Assembly: GCF_009914755.1 (NCBI RefSeq)
Contig: NC_060930.1
Source of the DNA: the human T2T-CHM13v2.0 reference genome, Homo sapiens
DNA: 64,000 nucleotides
Strand: one strand, 5' to 3'
Positions 12,477-29,095 of the stretch are shown here, piece by piece. The notes under the pieces are model-generated. The model had not been told where the DNA came from. It ran no database searches and saw only the letters and a list, made by a program, of their open reading frames with translations. Made by a program: the position numbers and the translations under genes. Position 1 is the first letter of the stretch. Every line of letters begins with the position of its first letter.

Positions 12477-12890
12477 TTGCCAAAACCACATAACTGGGAC
12501 AAAGACACAGATGCAGAGAACGATGCATTACGAGACTCAAACATGAAGACCCCCAGGGAAAGCTGCAACTCCAACTGCCCTTTACCCCTCACAGGCTGAG
12601 ACACAGACTGCTGTTTCATCTTTTTGTTTTTGTTCTAATGTCAGAGCTTTGTATTTTTGTGAATGTAAGCACAATTCATGATATCATCTCCTGGTACTTA
12701 CTACATGTTCTGCCTGAAACAGAGCTAAGAACACCGTGTCCCTGTCCACATGGGTTGTTAATGGGAAAAGCAACGGGCCAAGGCCTAGACTAGATGTGAC
12801 AGTTTATAGCTTGCATTTTCCAGGGTTTTCTTACAACTATCTTCTTCAACTTCCTGGAGAAACGGAGTCCATTCCAAAACTTATTTTCTG
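12140..12890 (+). repeat. 89-bp dispersed direct duplication (12140-12228 and 12802-12890)
   Basis: Ungapped hand alignment, 9 mismatches in 89 bp. Confidence 0.92.
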
Positions 12891-14378
12891 AGTCTTTTGC
12901 CTCATTCCTCGCTCACCTAAGCTCTATTCACTTGGCTTTTTATCTGGATCCCTCCTCTCAAAAAATATTTGTTTTCACGGAGAATCCAACACTTCCATCC
13001 TTCAGTACCAGCAGCCCCGTGCCAGGTTTTTCTCTCCCAAATACTGTGTTGGGTAAGCGTTATGAAAATGATCTGGGATGGTGCTGGTCACGTTGCTTAA
13101 CGCCGTGTCACAGAGGCACCAGTGACTACTGTCTTTCTGCTTTTCCATTTGAGCCTGCCCCTTTCACCCCGGTGTCACCTCACAGTCCGCAGTAGCTGCC
13201 AGACCTCACCTATCATGTCCACTTGGAAAGGCTACAGAGGGCCTCTCCCAGCTGAGTGGCTGTCCTTACAGAGCCTCCTGGAAGCCCCCACTCAACACTT
13301 CTGTTTCCATATTTCGGTCAGCCTAGTCACCTCCTTGTATCTTACTGCAAGGGAAACCAAATGATCCAGCCTTTTACTGAGCCTCGTTACTCCAAGTCAA
13401 ATGAGGGTGCTGCTATGAAGGAAGAAGAGAACATTGGATATTGGAAAGCAACTGATAAATTATGTTTTACGTAAAATTGAAATGAAAAAAACTTTCATTC
13501 ATTCCACAAATGTGTATTGAATGTCAGCTCAGCGCCAGCTCTCTTCTGCAGGGTCCACACCCAGCCCTCTGGGGATGCTCTCATTTTTCCCTGACAGATG
13601 CTGGCCATGTAGTTCATTCCAGGCAGCCCTGCTGTGGTGGCATCTGGCAGGGGCAGCCACACCTCACACCTCGATGACCTCTTGGCAGACGTTCAGTTCC
13701 TACCTCCCCAGACTTCAGGGAACACGTGTCAAGCCCTCTGAATAATTCTCCAGAATCAACTCTCAACATAACTTGTGGAAGTTCCCCATGGCAGGTGGGA
13801 GGAGGGGACCCAGCACACTGATATTCTCTCCCCAGACACCCTAACCATCAACCTCTGGCCTCTAGGGTGGGTTTGTGCTATATTCTCCAGAATTCTCTTC
13901 CATGTATGGTTCTAGGATAGTGTAGGCCACAGAGACATTTTACACAAGATCTGGAATATGGATGTGGAGCCGTAGCTGTGGTTTTGATGTCCTGAAGGCA
14001 GGCTGGCTGCAGGCTTATCTGCTGTCTCTCCTCTTTGCCACGGGGCAGCATCCACACGCCCACCCTCTCCAGCTCCCATAATATCTGCTCAGCCTCTCCA
14101 GGTCCTGCGCCAACTGGGTGCGGCCCCCAGGCCTACAGCCCTGCAGGCCCCCACAGCGCTGAGTTGATGCCAGTGAGAGTCAGGGGCCGATCCTCGCAGG
14201 TTTCAGTTGTACTTGTGGGTCCGAGCTCATCTCACAGGTTTCATTTTCTCCCTGCTCTCATTCACCTGCAATGTCCCTTCTCGCTGCTCGGCTGCCTGGT
14301 CCTCAGCTAGCTCCAGCTCAGCAGCAGGTGCAAAGGAGCAGCCCACATGGCTGCCTGGGCTCCCACAGCTGCATTGCA

Positions 14379-14516
14379 TCTGACCCTGTGGCATCGCCCA
14401 TCACCCACAGCAGTTACACTTCTCCAGCCAAGCCCGGACACCTCCTGTCTGACCCTGTGGCATCGCCCATCACCCTCAGCAGTTATGCTTCTCCGGCCAA
14501 ACCCAGACGCCTCCTG
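14379..14516. repeat. Tandem duplication, 2 x 69 bp
   Basis: TCTGACCCTGTGGCATCGCCCATCACCC...CCTCCTG twice; 7 mismatches. Confidence 0.93.
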
Positions 14517-14748
14517 ATGAATTTTCCACTTCTCTTAAACAGCCTCACACAGTTGGGCACTGGGCTGATGCTGTCGGCACCTACATTTCCACACTCCCCT
14601 TTGCAAGGCCTCCCTGGGTGATCTAGCACCTCACTTCAGAATGAGGTTACACGTGACAACTAATGCTTGCTCTCAGTCTTTGGGGCTTCATGACTTTCAG
14701 CTGAAAGTCACTGCCTGGAAGGATTGTGTTTAACATACTGTCAAATGT

Positions 14749-14782
14749 GATTGATTGATAGATAAATAGATAGATGATAGAC

Positions 14783-14837
<55 letters not shown>

Positions 14838-14850
14838 TGGATAGATAGAT
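14749..14850. repeat. Compound (GATA)n/(GACA)n tetranucleotide STR
   Basis: Direct inspection. Confidence 0.95.
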
Positions 14851-14868
14851 GTTAAAAATAAATACGGA

Positions 14869-15185
14869 GGCCGAGTGGGGTGGCTCCAACCTGTAATCCC
14901 AGTGCTTTGGGAGGCCATGGTGGACAGATTACTTGAGCTCAGGAGTTTGAGACCAGCCTGGGTGACATAGTGAGACCTCATTTCTACAAAAAATACAAAA
15001 ATTAGCCAACTGTAGTCTCAGCTACTCTGGAGGCTGAGAGGGGAAGATCACTTGAGCCCAGAGTGGTTGAGGCTGCAGTGAGCCGTGATTGTGCTACTGC
15101 ACTCCAGCCTGAGTGACAGAGGCTCGGAAAAAAGAAATAAATCAATAATTTTAATTAAAAATTAAAATAATAATAAAATAAATAT
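14869..15185 (+). mobile_element. AluJ
   Basis: TTGAGCCCAGAG..GAGGCTGCAGTGAGCCGTGATTG; short deletion after the linker; degenerate AT-rich tail. Confidence 0.88.
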
Positions 15186-15683
15186 GCAGAATTCCTCTAT
15201 CATACCGCCCTGAGAGCTCAGGCCATGGGGCTATCTAAAAAAACAAATACTATAACAAGGTTTTTGCCACTGAGAACTTCTGTGGCTCTGATTTTATTAA
15301 TGGAAGTATGAGAACCAACTTTATGTTAATCTCTCCATTACATTGAGTAATATTTCAATATAAATATGTCCCAAAAATGATTTGACTAAATTGGAAATAT
15401 TATTAATATTGAAAAACAGAATTCATACTTGAAATGTTTTCTTATCCATATGTTAGCTTACAGTTATCGATTAAAAATCATGTTTAATAAACTTAAGTGC
15501 TTTTATAGTTAACAAAATGATTTTATCTTGTAAGAGAAGGACATTGTTATGTAATTTTATATATCAATTTAATTTTATTTTAAATAAATAAGATTCTGAT
15601 AGTAGAAGATTACATGGAATATTTCTTGTGTGTAAATTAACTAAGAATTTAAAGATTATCTTGACAAAAACATGCTCAAAAGC

Positions 15684-16320
15684 ACAGCATTTCCCAAATT
15701 GTGTTTTACAGAATGGAATACTAACAAGTGTTACTTAAAATAATATTTCTTTGGTCAAATAGGTTTGGGACACACTGCATTAACAAAATTCAAACTGATT
15801 TCTTTACCTCAAGGTTCCTAGTGTCATACACTGGCATTCTTAAAATTCATCAAGAAGTATAATAAGAAGCAAGATTTTCCAACTTTATTTGCTAGTGGAA
15901 CACTTTTTGTAAAATATTTTGGGAAACCAGTTGATACGGTTTGGCTGTGTTCCCACCCAAATCTTACCTTGAATTGTAATAATCCCCACATGTCAAGGAC
16001 GGGGCCAGGAAAGATAATTGAATCATGGGGGCAGTTCACCCCATACTGTTCTCGTGGTAGTGAATAAGGCTCACGAGGTCTGATGGTTTTATAAACAGCA
16101 GTTTCCCTGCACACGATCTCTTGCCTGCCGCCATGTAAGACATCCCTTTGGTCCTCCTTTGTCTTCCACCATGATTGTGAGTTCTCCCCAGCCATGTGGA
16201 ACTGTGAGTCTATTAAACCGCTTTCCTTTATAAATTACCCAGTCTTGGGTATGTCTTTATTAGCAGCGAGAGAATAGACTAATACACCAGTGTACTAAAG
16301 AACACACACTGGGAAAATAT
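15684..16320. mobile_element. Old hAT-Charlie-like element split by a THE1 LTR
   Basis: CAGCATTTCCCAAATTGTGTT ... AACACACACTGGGAAAA resemble hAT terminal inverted repeats. Confidence 0.4.
15932..16286 (+). mobile_element. THE1B/C solo LTR
   Basis: TGATACGGTTTGGCTGTGTT...GACTAATACA; TSD CCAGT at 15927-15931 and 16287-16291. Confidence 0.92.
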
Positions 16321-16377
16321 CCAGGAAAGTTCTATAATATCTTAAACAACTTTTAAGTCAATAATGGACAACATTTA

Positions 16378-16606
16378 ATTATATATTATATACATACTAA
16401 ATATATGTCATATATACAATATAAATATATACAAATTTCAAGTTACATAATTGAAATTTATGTTACATACATTATACAAGTTATATTTGGGTTTAACATA
16501 TGCAAGCCATATATTATATTTGGCTTACATATCAAGTATATATTATATATATTAAATATTATACATTATATATGATAGTATGTATATATACACACACACA
16601 CACACA
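16378..16606. repeat. AT-rich (TA)n-like tract ending in (CA)n
   Basis: Direct inspection. Confidence 0.8.
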
Positions 16607-17342
16607 AATTTCAAGTTATATACTGGCTACATGTCTTGACTGTGTTCTATTGAAGTCATTATTTTATCATGACAACTTCATACTATTACTCCCACATACA
16701 TAATGCCAGTGATACTACAGCACATTCTGAAGTCAAAAATAAAGGACTCATTTAGGAAATTTCACTGCTAATAACACAATAATTTGTAGAGCGTTTACTG
16801 CCAATAATGTGATTTTGCACTTTATTTACCAAATTATTTCTCCCAACCTACTTGACACTAGAAGGCAGGAGTTCAGTGCTGACATGTAAGAAACAATCAT
16901 AATCAGTCTAGTTCTATCTATTAGATGAAATAAATAACCTGAAAATCCTTCCACTAAAAGTATACCTTAAAAATGTGAATAGGGTTGGAGCCAAGATGGC
17001 CGAATAGGAAGAGCTCCAGTCTACAGCTCCCAGAGTAAGCGACGCAGAAGACGAATGATTTCTGCATTTCCAACTGAGGTACCGGATGAATCTCACTGGG
17101 GATTGTCGGACAGTGGGTGCAGGACAGTGGGTGCAGCACATCGAGCATGAGCCAAAGCAGGATGAGGCATCGCCTCACCCGGGAAGCAAAAGGGGTCAGG
17201 GAATTCCCTTTCCTAGCCAAGGAAAGGGGTGACAGATGGCACCCGGAAAATCGGGTCACTCCCACCCTAATACTGCACTTTTCCAACGGTCTTAGCAAAC
17301 GGCACACCAGGAGATTGTATCCCGTGCCTGGCTCGGAGGGCC

Positions 17343-17432
17343 CTATGCCACGGAGCCTCGCTCATTGCTAGCACAGCACTCTGAGATCAAACTGCAAGGT
17401 GGCAGTGAGGCTGGGGGATGGGTGCCCGCCAT
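17343..17432 (-). pseudogene. L1 antisense ORF0, truncated to 29 aa
   Basis: MAGTHPPASLPPCSLISECCASNERGSVA* matches the N-terminus of primate L1 ORF0 (MAGAPPPASLPPCSLISDCCASN...). Confidence 0.75.
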
Positions 17433-18007
17433 TGCCGAGGCTTGAGTAGGTAAACAAAGCAGCCAGGAAGCTTGAACTGGGTGGAGCCCACCGCACCTCA
17501 AGGAGACCTGCCTGCCTCTGTAGACTCCACCACTGGGGGCAGGGCATAGCCAAACAAAAGGCAGCAGAAACCTCTGCAGACTTAAATGTCCCTGCCTTAC
17601 AGCTTTGAAGAGAGTAGTGGTTCTCCCAGCACACAGCTTGAGATCTAAGAACGGACAGACTGCCTCCTCAAGTGGGTCCCTGGCCCCCAAGTAGCCTAAC
17701 TGGGAGGCACCCCCAAGTAGGGGCAGACTGACACCTCACACAGCCAGGTACTCCTCTGAGACAAAACTTCCAGAGGAACAATCAGGCAGCAACATTTGCT
17801 ATTCACCAACATCCGCTGTTCTGCAGCCTCCACTGCTGATACCCAGGCAAACAGGGTCCGGAGTGGACCTCCAGCAAACTCCAACAGACCTGCAGCTGAG
17901 GGTCCAGACTGTTAGAAGGAAAACTAACAAACAGAAAGGACATCCACACCAAAACCCCATCTGTACATCACCATCATCAAAGACCAAAGGTAGATAAAAC
18001 CACAAAG

Positions 18008-19024
18008 ATGGGGAAAAAACAGAGCAGAAAGACTGGAAACTCTAAAAATCAGAGCATCTCTCCTCCTCCAAAGGAGCGCAGCTCCTCACCAGCAATGGAA
18101 CAAAGCTGGATGGAGAATGACTTTGACAAGTTGAGAGAAAAAGGCTTCAGATGATCAAACTACTCCAAGCTAAAGGAGAAAGTTCAAACCCACGGCAAAG
18201 AAGTTAAAAACCTTGAAAAAAGATTAGACGAATGGCTAACTAGAATAACCAGTGTAGAGAAGTCCTTAAATGACGTGATGGAGCTGAAAAACACGGCACG
18301 AGAACTACGTGACGAATGCGCAAGCCTCAGTAGCCGATTCAATCAAGTGGAAGAAAGAGTATCAGTGATGGAAGATCAAATGAATGAAATGAAGTGAGAA
18401 GAGAAGTTTAGAGAAAAAAGAATAAAAAGAAATGAACAAAGCCTCCAAGAAATATGGGACTATGTGAAAAGACCAAATCTACGTCTGATGGGTGTACCTG
18501 AAAGTGATGGGGAGAATGGAACCAAGTTGGAAAACACTCTGCAGGATATTGTCCAGGAGAACTTCCCCAGTCTAGCAAGGCAGGCCAACATTCAGATTCA
18601 GGAAATACAGAGAATGCCACAAAGATACTCCTCGAGAGGAGCAACTCCAAGACACATAATTGTCAGATTCACCAAAGTTGAAATGAAGGAAAAAATGTTA
18701 AGGGCAGCCAGAGAGAAAGGTCGGGTTACCCACAAAGGGAAGCCCATCAGACTAACAGCTGATCTCTTGGCAGAAACTCTACAAGCCAGAAGAGAGTGGC
18801 GGCCAATATTCAACATTCTTAAAGAAAAGAATTTTCAACCCAGAATTTCATATCCAGCCAAACTAAGCTTCATAAGTGAAGGAGAAATAAAATCCTTTAC
18901 AGACAAGCAAATGCTGAGAGATTTTGTCACCACCAGGCCTGCCCTAAAAGAGCTCCTGAAGGAAGTGCTAAACATGGAAAGGAACAACCGGTACCAGCCA
19001 CTGCAAAAACATGCCAAATTGTAA
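18008..19024 (+). pseudogene. L1 ORF1p (338 codons) with two in-frame stops
   Basis: ATGGGGAAAAAACAG at 18008; TGA at 18152-18154 (codon 49) and 18395-18397 (codon 130); C-terminal half open (RPNLRLMGVPE...YPAKLSF). Confidence 0.93.
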
Positions 19025-19087
19025 AGACCGTCGATGCTAGGAAGAAACTGCATCAACTAACAAGCAAAATAACCAACTAACATCATA

Positions 19088-22908
<3,821 letters not shown>

Positions 22909-23120
22909 ACAATGAGAACACATGAACACAGGAAGGGGAACATCACACACCGGGGACTGTTGTGGGGTGGGGGGAGTGGGGAGGGATAGCATTAGGAGAT
23001 ATACCTAATGTTAAATGACGAGTTAATGGGTGCAGCACACCAACAAGGCACATGTATACATATGTAACAAACCTGCACATTGTGCACATGTACCCTAAAA
23101 CTTAAAGTATTTTAAAAAAA

Positions 23121-23210
23121 GAATATCAATTGAACAATAATTCATTAATATATACTTAGAAAATAGTTTAAAAAGCAGTGATTCTGAATAAATATATTCG
23201 TTCATTTAAA
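23121..23210 (+). other. L1-mediated 3' transduced segment
   Basis: Non-L1 sequence between the L1 A-run (23114-23120) and the 3' TSD; AATAAA at 23187-23192, A-run from 23208. Confidence 0.8.
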
Positions 23211-23228
23211 AAAAATGTGAATAAAGTA

Positions 23229-23567
23229 CAGTAAGTGCTCCATACCTGTGAGTTCCCCATTCAGGGATTCAATCAACTGTGGATGAGAATATGCAAAAAA
23301 TAAAAATAAAACAAAAAATAATAATACAATGGTTTTTAAAATACAAATTAAAAACAATATGGTATAACAACTATTTGCACAGCTTTTTTTATTGTATTAG
23401 GCATTATGAATAACCTAGAGATGACTTAAAGTATATGAGAGAATATGTGTGGGTTATATGCAAATACCAGCACCGCCATTTTATATAAGAGACTTGAGCA
23501 TCCACAAGATTTTGGTATCTGCAAAAGATCCTGGAACCAATCCCCTGCAGACACCAAGGGAAAACCG
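23229..23567. mobile_element. MER2 (TcMar-Tigger)
   Basis: TA-flanked; AACCTAGAGATGACTTAAAGTATATGAGAG...GACTTGAGCATCC...CCTGGAACCAATCCCC. Confidence 0.8.
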
Positions 23568-25210
23568 TATAGGAAATATCCTGTGAAATTCATAGTGAAG
23601 CTTATAATAAAGTAAAGGAATCTCCCAATGGCTAAAAATGAACTGGAAATTAGAAACTAGAAAGTTAAGGCTGTCTTTGTTGGAGCAAGAGTAGCTCCAA
23701 ACAAACCAAGAAGCTTAGGTTTTAATGTCTCACAAGCACAGATAATAAGACCTTAGCCCCCAACAAGACTGGGAGTTAGAACTGAGACCCCCTGATGAAG
23801 ACAGGGTCCTCACATGGTTATATTCTCAATAAAAAGATGATTTTTAAAAATCCATTCACTGGCCCAGAGAAACATCAAGGAATCTCTTTAATTATTAACT
23901 GAGCTTTGGCTGGAAATAGATAGCCTCTTAGAATTTGCAACAATGAACTTACCCTCACTCAAATTTTTGGTTTGAATTTATAGGCTCATATGGTCCAGAA
24001 ACCTCCATGTCAAGAAAACAGATAAAAATATTTCCAATATGCTTATATTCTTAAGGTATCTTGCAGAAGCAAACTCAAAAACTACTCAGGGGGCTGGAGG
24101 GTGGGGATTGTATCACACACTCATTCCCCAGAAAAATTCACAAAGATAAACCCCACCAAATAAATGCTCATGACCTAGAATGTAAAATACATGAGGAAAA
24201 AAATCCACTATGAGAGAAAAGGATCAACAAGCACCAAAAACAATGCAATTAAACCCCTAAGAACTTAGGATAATAGAGCAATTAGATACTCTATGAACGA
24301 ATGTATTTTTAAAAGATGTAAAAGAGGAAACAAAGACATAAAACCAAGGAACTATTAAAAAAAGACATTTAAAAAACTATCCAAACAGAACACCTAGAAA
24401 TGAAAAATGTAGTCACTGTGTTTTAAAACTAAATAGACAGGTTAATTAGACAGCAGGTTAGACAGAGGTGAGTGAAGGAATTGGTGAATCAGAAGATATT
24501 TCTGTGAAAATTTCCCAGAACGAATAAGAGAGAAATAAAGAAATGGAAAACGTTGTAATTTGAGAAACAATGTGGATAAAATGAGAAGATCCAAGAATTT
24601 TCTAAAAGAATATCCAGAGAAAGAATATAGAAAGAGGAAGAGGCAATATTTTCAGAACTAAAGAAAGACAGTAATCACATAATTCTAGAATCACTTCAAA
24701 TACCAAATATAGTAAATAAAAATAAATTTCACTTAACACATTTAGAGAAAAACTGTAAAATACTAAAGACAAAGAGAAAACTTTTATATGAAGCATTAAG
24801 AAAACATAGATTACTCACAGAGGACCAAAAGTCAGATTGACAACAGACTTTTCAACTATGATAATACAACCCAGCAAACAATGGAAAATATTTTCAAAAT
24901 ATTAAAAGGAAAAAAAGTAGTCATCTTAGAATTCTAAACCCAGCTAAACTAGAATTGAAGAATGAGGACAAATACAGACTTTCAAACAAGCTAAGACTTC
25001 ACTTGAAAAAATGACAAAATATTATTTCAGCAAGAAGAAAAATTAAACATAGAGGAAAAGACTGAGGTAAAAGAAAGTTGAGCAAAGAAATCAGTAAATA
25101 TGTGGATATTTGTAAAGAAGCTTTGGCTAGTATAAAGCAATGATAATAAAAACACATGGGTGGAAAACAAGTAAAACTAAAATACTGGGCATAAATATTT
25201 TTTTTAATGG

Positions 25211-27552
25211 TGTATTAGTCTGTTCTCACACTGCTATATAAAGAGACTACCTGAGACTGGGTGATTTATAAACAAAAGAGGTTTAATTGACTCACAGTTC
25301 CACATGGCTGGGGAGGCCTCAGGAAACTTACAATCATGGCAGAAGGTGAAGGGGAAGTAAGGCATGTCATACATGGCAGCAGGAGAGAGAGAGTGCAGGG
25401 GAAACTGCCAAACATTTTTAAAACCATTGGCTGCTCTGAGAACTCACTCACTATCATGAGAACAGCATGGGGGAAGCTGTCCCCATGATCCAATCACCTC
25501 CCACTTGGTCCCGCCCTCAACACCTGGGGATTACAATTCAAGATGAGATTTGGGTGGGGACACAGAGCCAAACCATATCATTCCACCCCTGGCCCCTCCC
25601 AAATTTCATGTCCTTTTCACATTTGAAAACCAATCATGCCTTCCCAACAGTCTCTCAAAGTCTTAATTCAGTATTAACCCAAAAGTCAAAGTCCAAAGTT
25701 TCATCTGAGACAAGGCAAGTCCCTTCCACCTATGAGCCTGTAAAATCACTGTTACTTCCAAGATATAATGGGGGTACAGGTATTTGTACATGTTCCCATT
25801 CCAACTGGGAGAAATTGGCCAAAAAAAAAAAAGGGATCACAGGCACCATGCAAGTCCAAAACCCAGCCAGGCAGTCTTTAAATCTTAAAGCTCCAAAACC
25901 TCCTTTGACTCCATGTCTCACATCCAGGGCACACCAGTGCAGTGGTGGGCTCCACAGCCTTGGGCAGCCCCACCCCTATGGCTGTGTAGGGTACAGCCCC
26001 TGCAGCTGCTTTCAGGGGCTGGCATTGAGTGCCTGTGGCTTTTCTAGGAGCAAGTTGCAAGCTATTGGTGGATCTACTTTTCTGGGGTCTGGCGAACTGT
26101 GACCCTCTTCTCACAGCTCCACTAGGTGGTGCCCACATGTGGACTCTGTGTGAGGACTCCAACCCCACATTTCCCTTTCACACTGCCCTAGGAGAGGTTC
26201 TCCATGAGGGCTCTGGCCCTGCAGCAGACTTCTGCCTGGACATCCAAGAGAATCCATACATCTTCTGAAATCTAGGCAGAGGTTCCCAAACCTCAACTCT
26301 TGTCTTCTGTACACCCACAGGCCCAACACCACATGGAAGCCACCAAGGCTTGGGGCTTGCACCCTCTGAAGAAATAACCTGAGATGTGCCTTGGCCCCTT
26401 TAGCTTGGGCTGGAGCTGGAGTGGCTGGGACACAGGGCACCAAGTCCCAAAGCTGCACAGAGCAGTGGGGCCCTGAGCTGGGCCCAGGAAGCCATTTTTC
26501 CCTCCTAGGCCTCCAGGCCTGTGATGGGAGGGGCTGCCCTGAAGTTCTCTGACATGCCCTGAAGACATTTTCCCCAATGTCACGGCTATTACCATTCAAC
26601 TCCTCATTAGTTATGAAAATTTCTGCAGCTAGCTTGAATTCCTCCCCAGAAAATGGAATTTTCTTTTCTTCTACATGGTCAGGCTAAAAATTTTCCAAAC
26701 CTTTATGCTCTGCTTCCCTTTTAAACATAAGTTCCAATTTCAAACCATCTCTCTGTCAATGCTGAACATTTATATATTATAACTGAACATTTTCAGAATA
26801 AGCCAGGTTATCTTTTGGATGTTTTGTCACTTAGAAATTTCTTCTGCCAGATACCCTAAATAATCTCTCTCAAGTTCAAAGTTCCACAGATTTCTAGGGC
26901 AGAGGCAAAATGCCGCCAGTCTCTTTGCTAAAGCATATAGCATGAGTGACCTTTAATCCATTTCTCAATAAGTTCTTCATCTTCATTTGAGACTACTTCA
27001 GTCTGGACTTCATTGTCCATATCACTATCAGCATTTTGGTCAAAACCATTCAACAAGTCTCTAGGAAGTTCCAAACTTTCCCACATCTTCCTGTCTTCTT
27101 CTGAGTCCTCCAAACTATTCCAACTTCTGCCTGTTACCCAGTTCCAAAATTGCTAAACATTTCCAGGTTATCTTTACAGGCGTATCCCACTCTGCTGGTA
27201 CCAATCTTCTGTATTAGCCCATTCTCACACTGCTATAAGGATACTAAGTGAAACTGGGTAATTTATAAACAAAAGAGGTTTAATCAACTCACATTTCCAC
27301 ATGACTGGGGAGGCCTCAGAAAACTTACAATCATGGCAGAAGGTGAAGGAGAAGCAAGGCAGGTCTAACATGGTAGCAGGAGAGAGAGAGTGCAGGGGAA
27401 ACTGCCAAAACCATCAGCTCTCATGAGAATTAACTATCATGAGAATAGCATGGGGGAAACCATCCCCATGATCCACCTAGTCCCTCCCTTGATGCCTGGG
27501 AATTACAATTTGAGATGAGATTTGGGTGCGGACACAGAACCAAACCATATCA
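25211..27552 (-). mobile_element. Complete THE1D-type MaLR provirus (3'LTR 25211-25580, internal 25581-27209, 5'LTR 27210-27552)
   Basis: Two LTRs TGTATTAG...CCATATCA around a ~1.63-kb THE1-int; TSD AATGG at 25206-25210 and 27553-27557. Confidence 0.94.
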
Positions 27553-27992
27553 AATGGGAAGAGTGGTTGAAATTAAAATATTCTAAGATGTTAGTCAAGT
27601 ATTAAGTTATTAGTCAGGAAGTATGTAAATAACACTTACCTTGACACGAATATGAAGTATCATGTTACACTTTTAGGATAATCAGAAAAAAAAAAAAATA
27701 GGAATAGTATGCATAGCTTCCAATGAAATTGAAGTGCAGGGAGGAAAAAAGAGTGAAAACTAAATTAACCAATAAAGTGGATAATAGGGAAGTTAAAGCA
27801 AAGAAAAGGTAGAATAAGTGAAAAGGAAAAATTGATCTGTAATCATAATAGATCTCTATCTACCAGGTAGAAGAAAGATTCCTCAATCACTTTTTAAAAA
27901 TCGAAATCTGGCTATGTGTTTCTATAAGAGATATGTTTAAAACATACTAGTAAAGAAACGTTATAAATAAAGAAATAGAGAAAAAACATGCC

Positions 27993-28310
27993 GGCCGGGC
28001 ACAGCGGCTCATGACTGTAATCCCAGCACCTTGGGAGGCCAAAGCAGGCGGATCACTTGAGGTCAGGAGTTTGAGACCAGACTGGCCAACATGGTGAAAT
28101 CCCCTCTCTACTAAAAATACAAAAATTAGCCAGGTATGGTGCCAGGCACCTGTAATCGCAGCTACTTGGGAGTCTGAGGCAGGAGAATCACTTGAACCCG
28201 GGGGGCGGAGGTTGCAGGGAGCCAAGATTTCATCACTGCACTCCAGCCTAGGCGACAGAGCGAGAGTCCATCTCAAAATAAATAAATAAAAAAGAAAAAG
28301 AAAAGAAAAA
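27993..28310 (+). mobile_element. AluS (Sx/Sz)
   Basis: Dimeric Alu; TSD-like AAAAAACATG on both sides. Confidence 0.93.
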
Positions 28311-28562
28311 AACATGTCAAATAAATACACACCAAATGTAGGCTGGTATTGTTACATAATATAAGGCAACACAACACAATGTTAAGACGAAAAGCTTAAC
28401 CAGGGAAAAGATGTTCACTACACAGTGATAAAGGGAAGGCTCATGGGGAAAATCTTCCCATCTTAAACTTTTATTAATTTAATAAAACAACCTCAGAATA
28501 TATTAAATTGTTAGAATTATAAGGAAAAATAGACTGATTGAAAAACATGGTGGGAGATTCTA

Positions 28563-29095
<533 letters not shown>

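Noticed and set aside
11989-12599. Two 185-aa S/L/C/V-rich ORFs
   Set aside because: Translation artefacts of the CT-rich microsatellite.
13180-14340. Possible old MLT1/LTR16-like ERVL LTR fragments
   Set aside because: The texture is suggestive, but I could not fix termini, TSD or family, so they are not listed as features.
25467-26102. 211-aa ORF
   Set aside because: Spans a THE1 LTR/internal junction antisense to the element; no protein similarity recognised.
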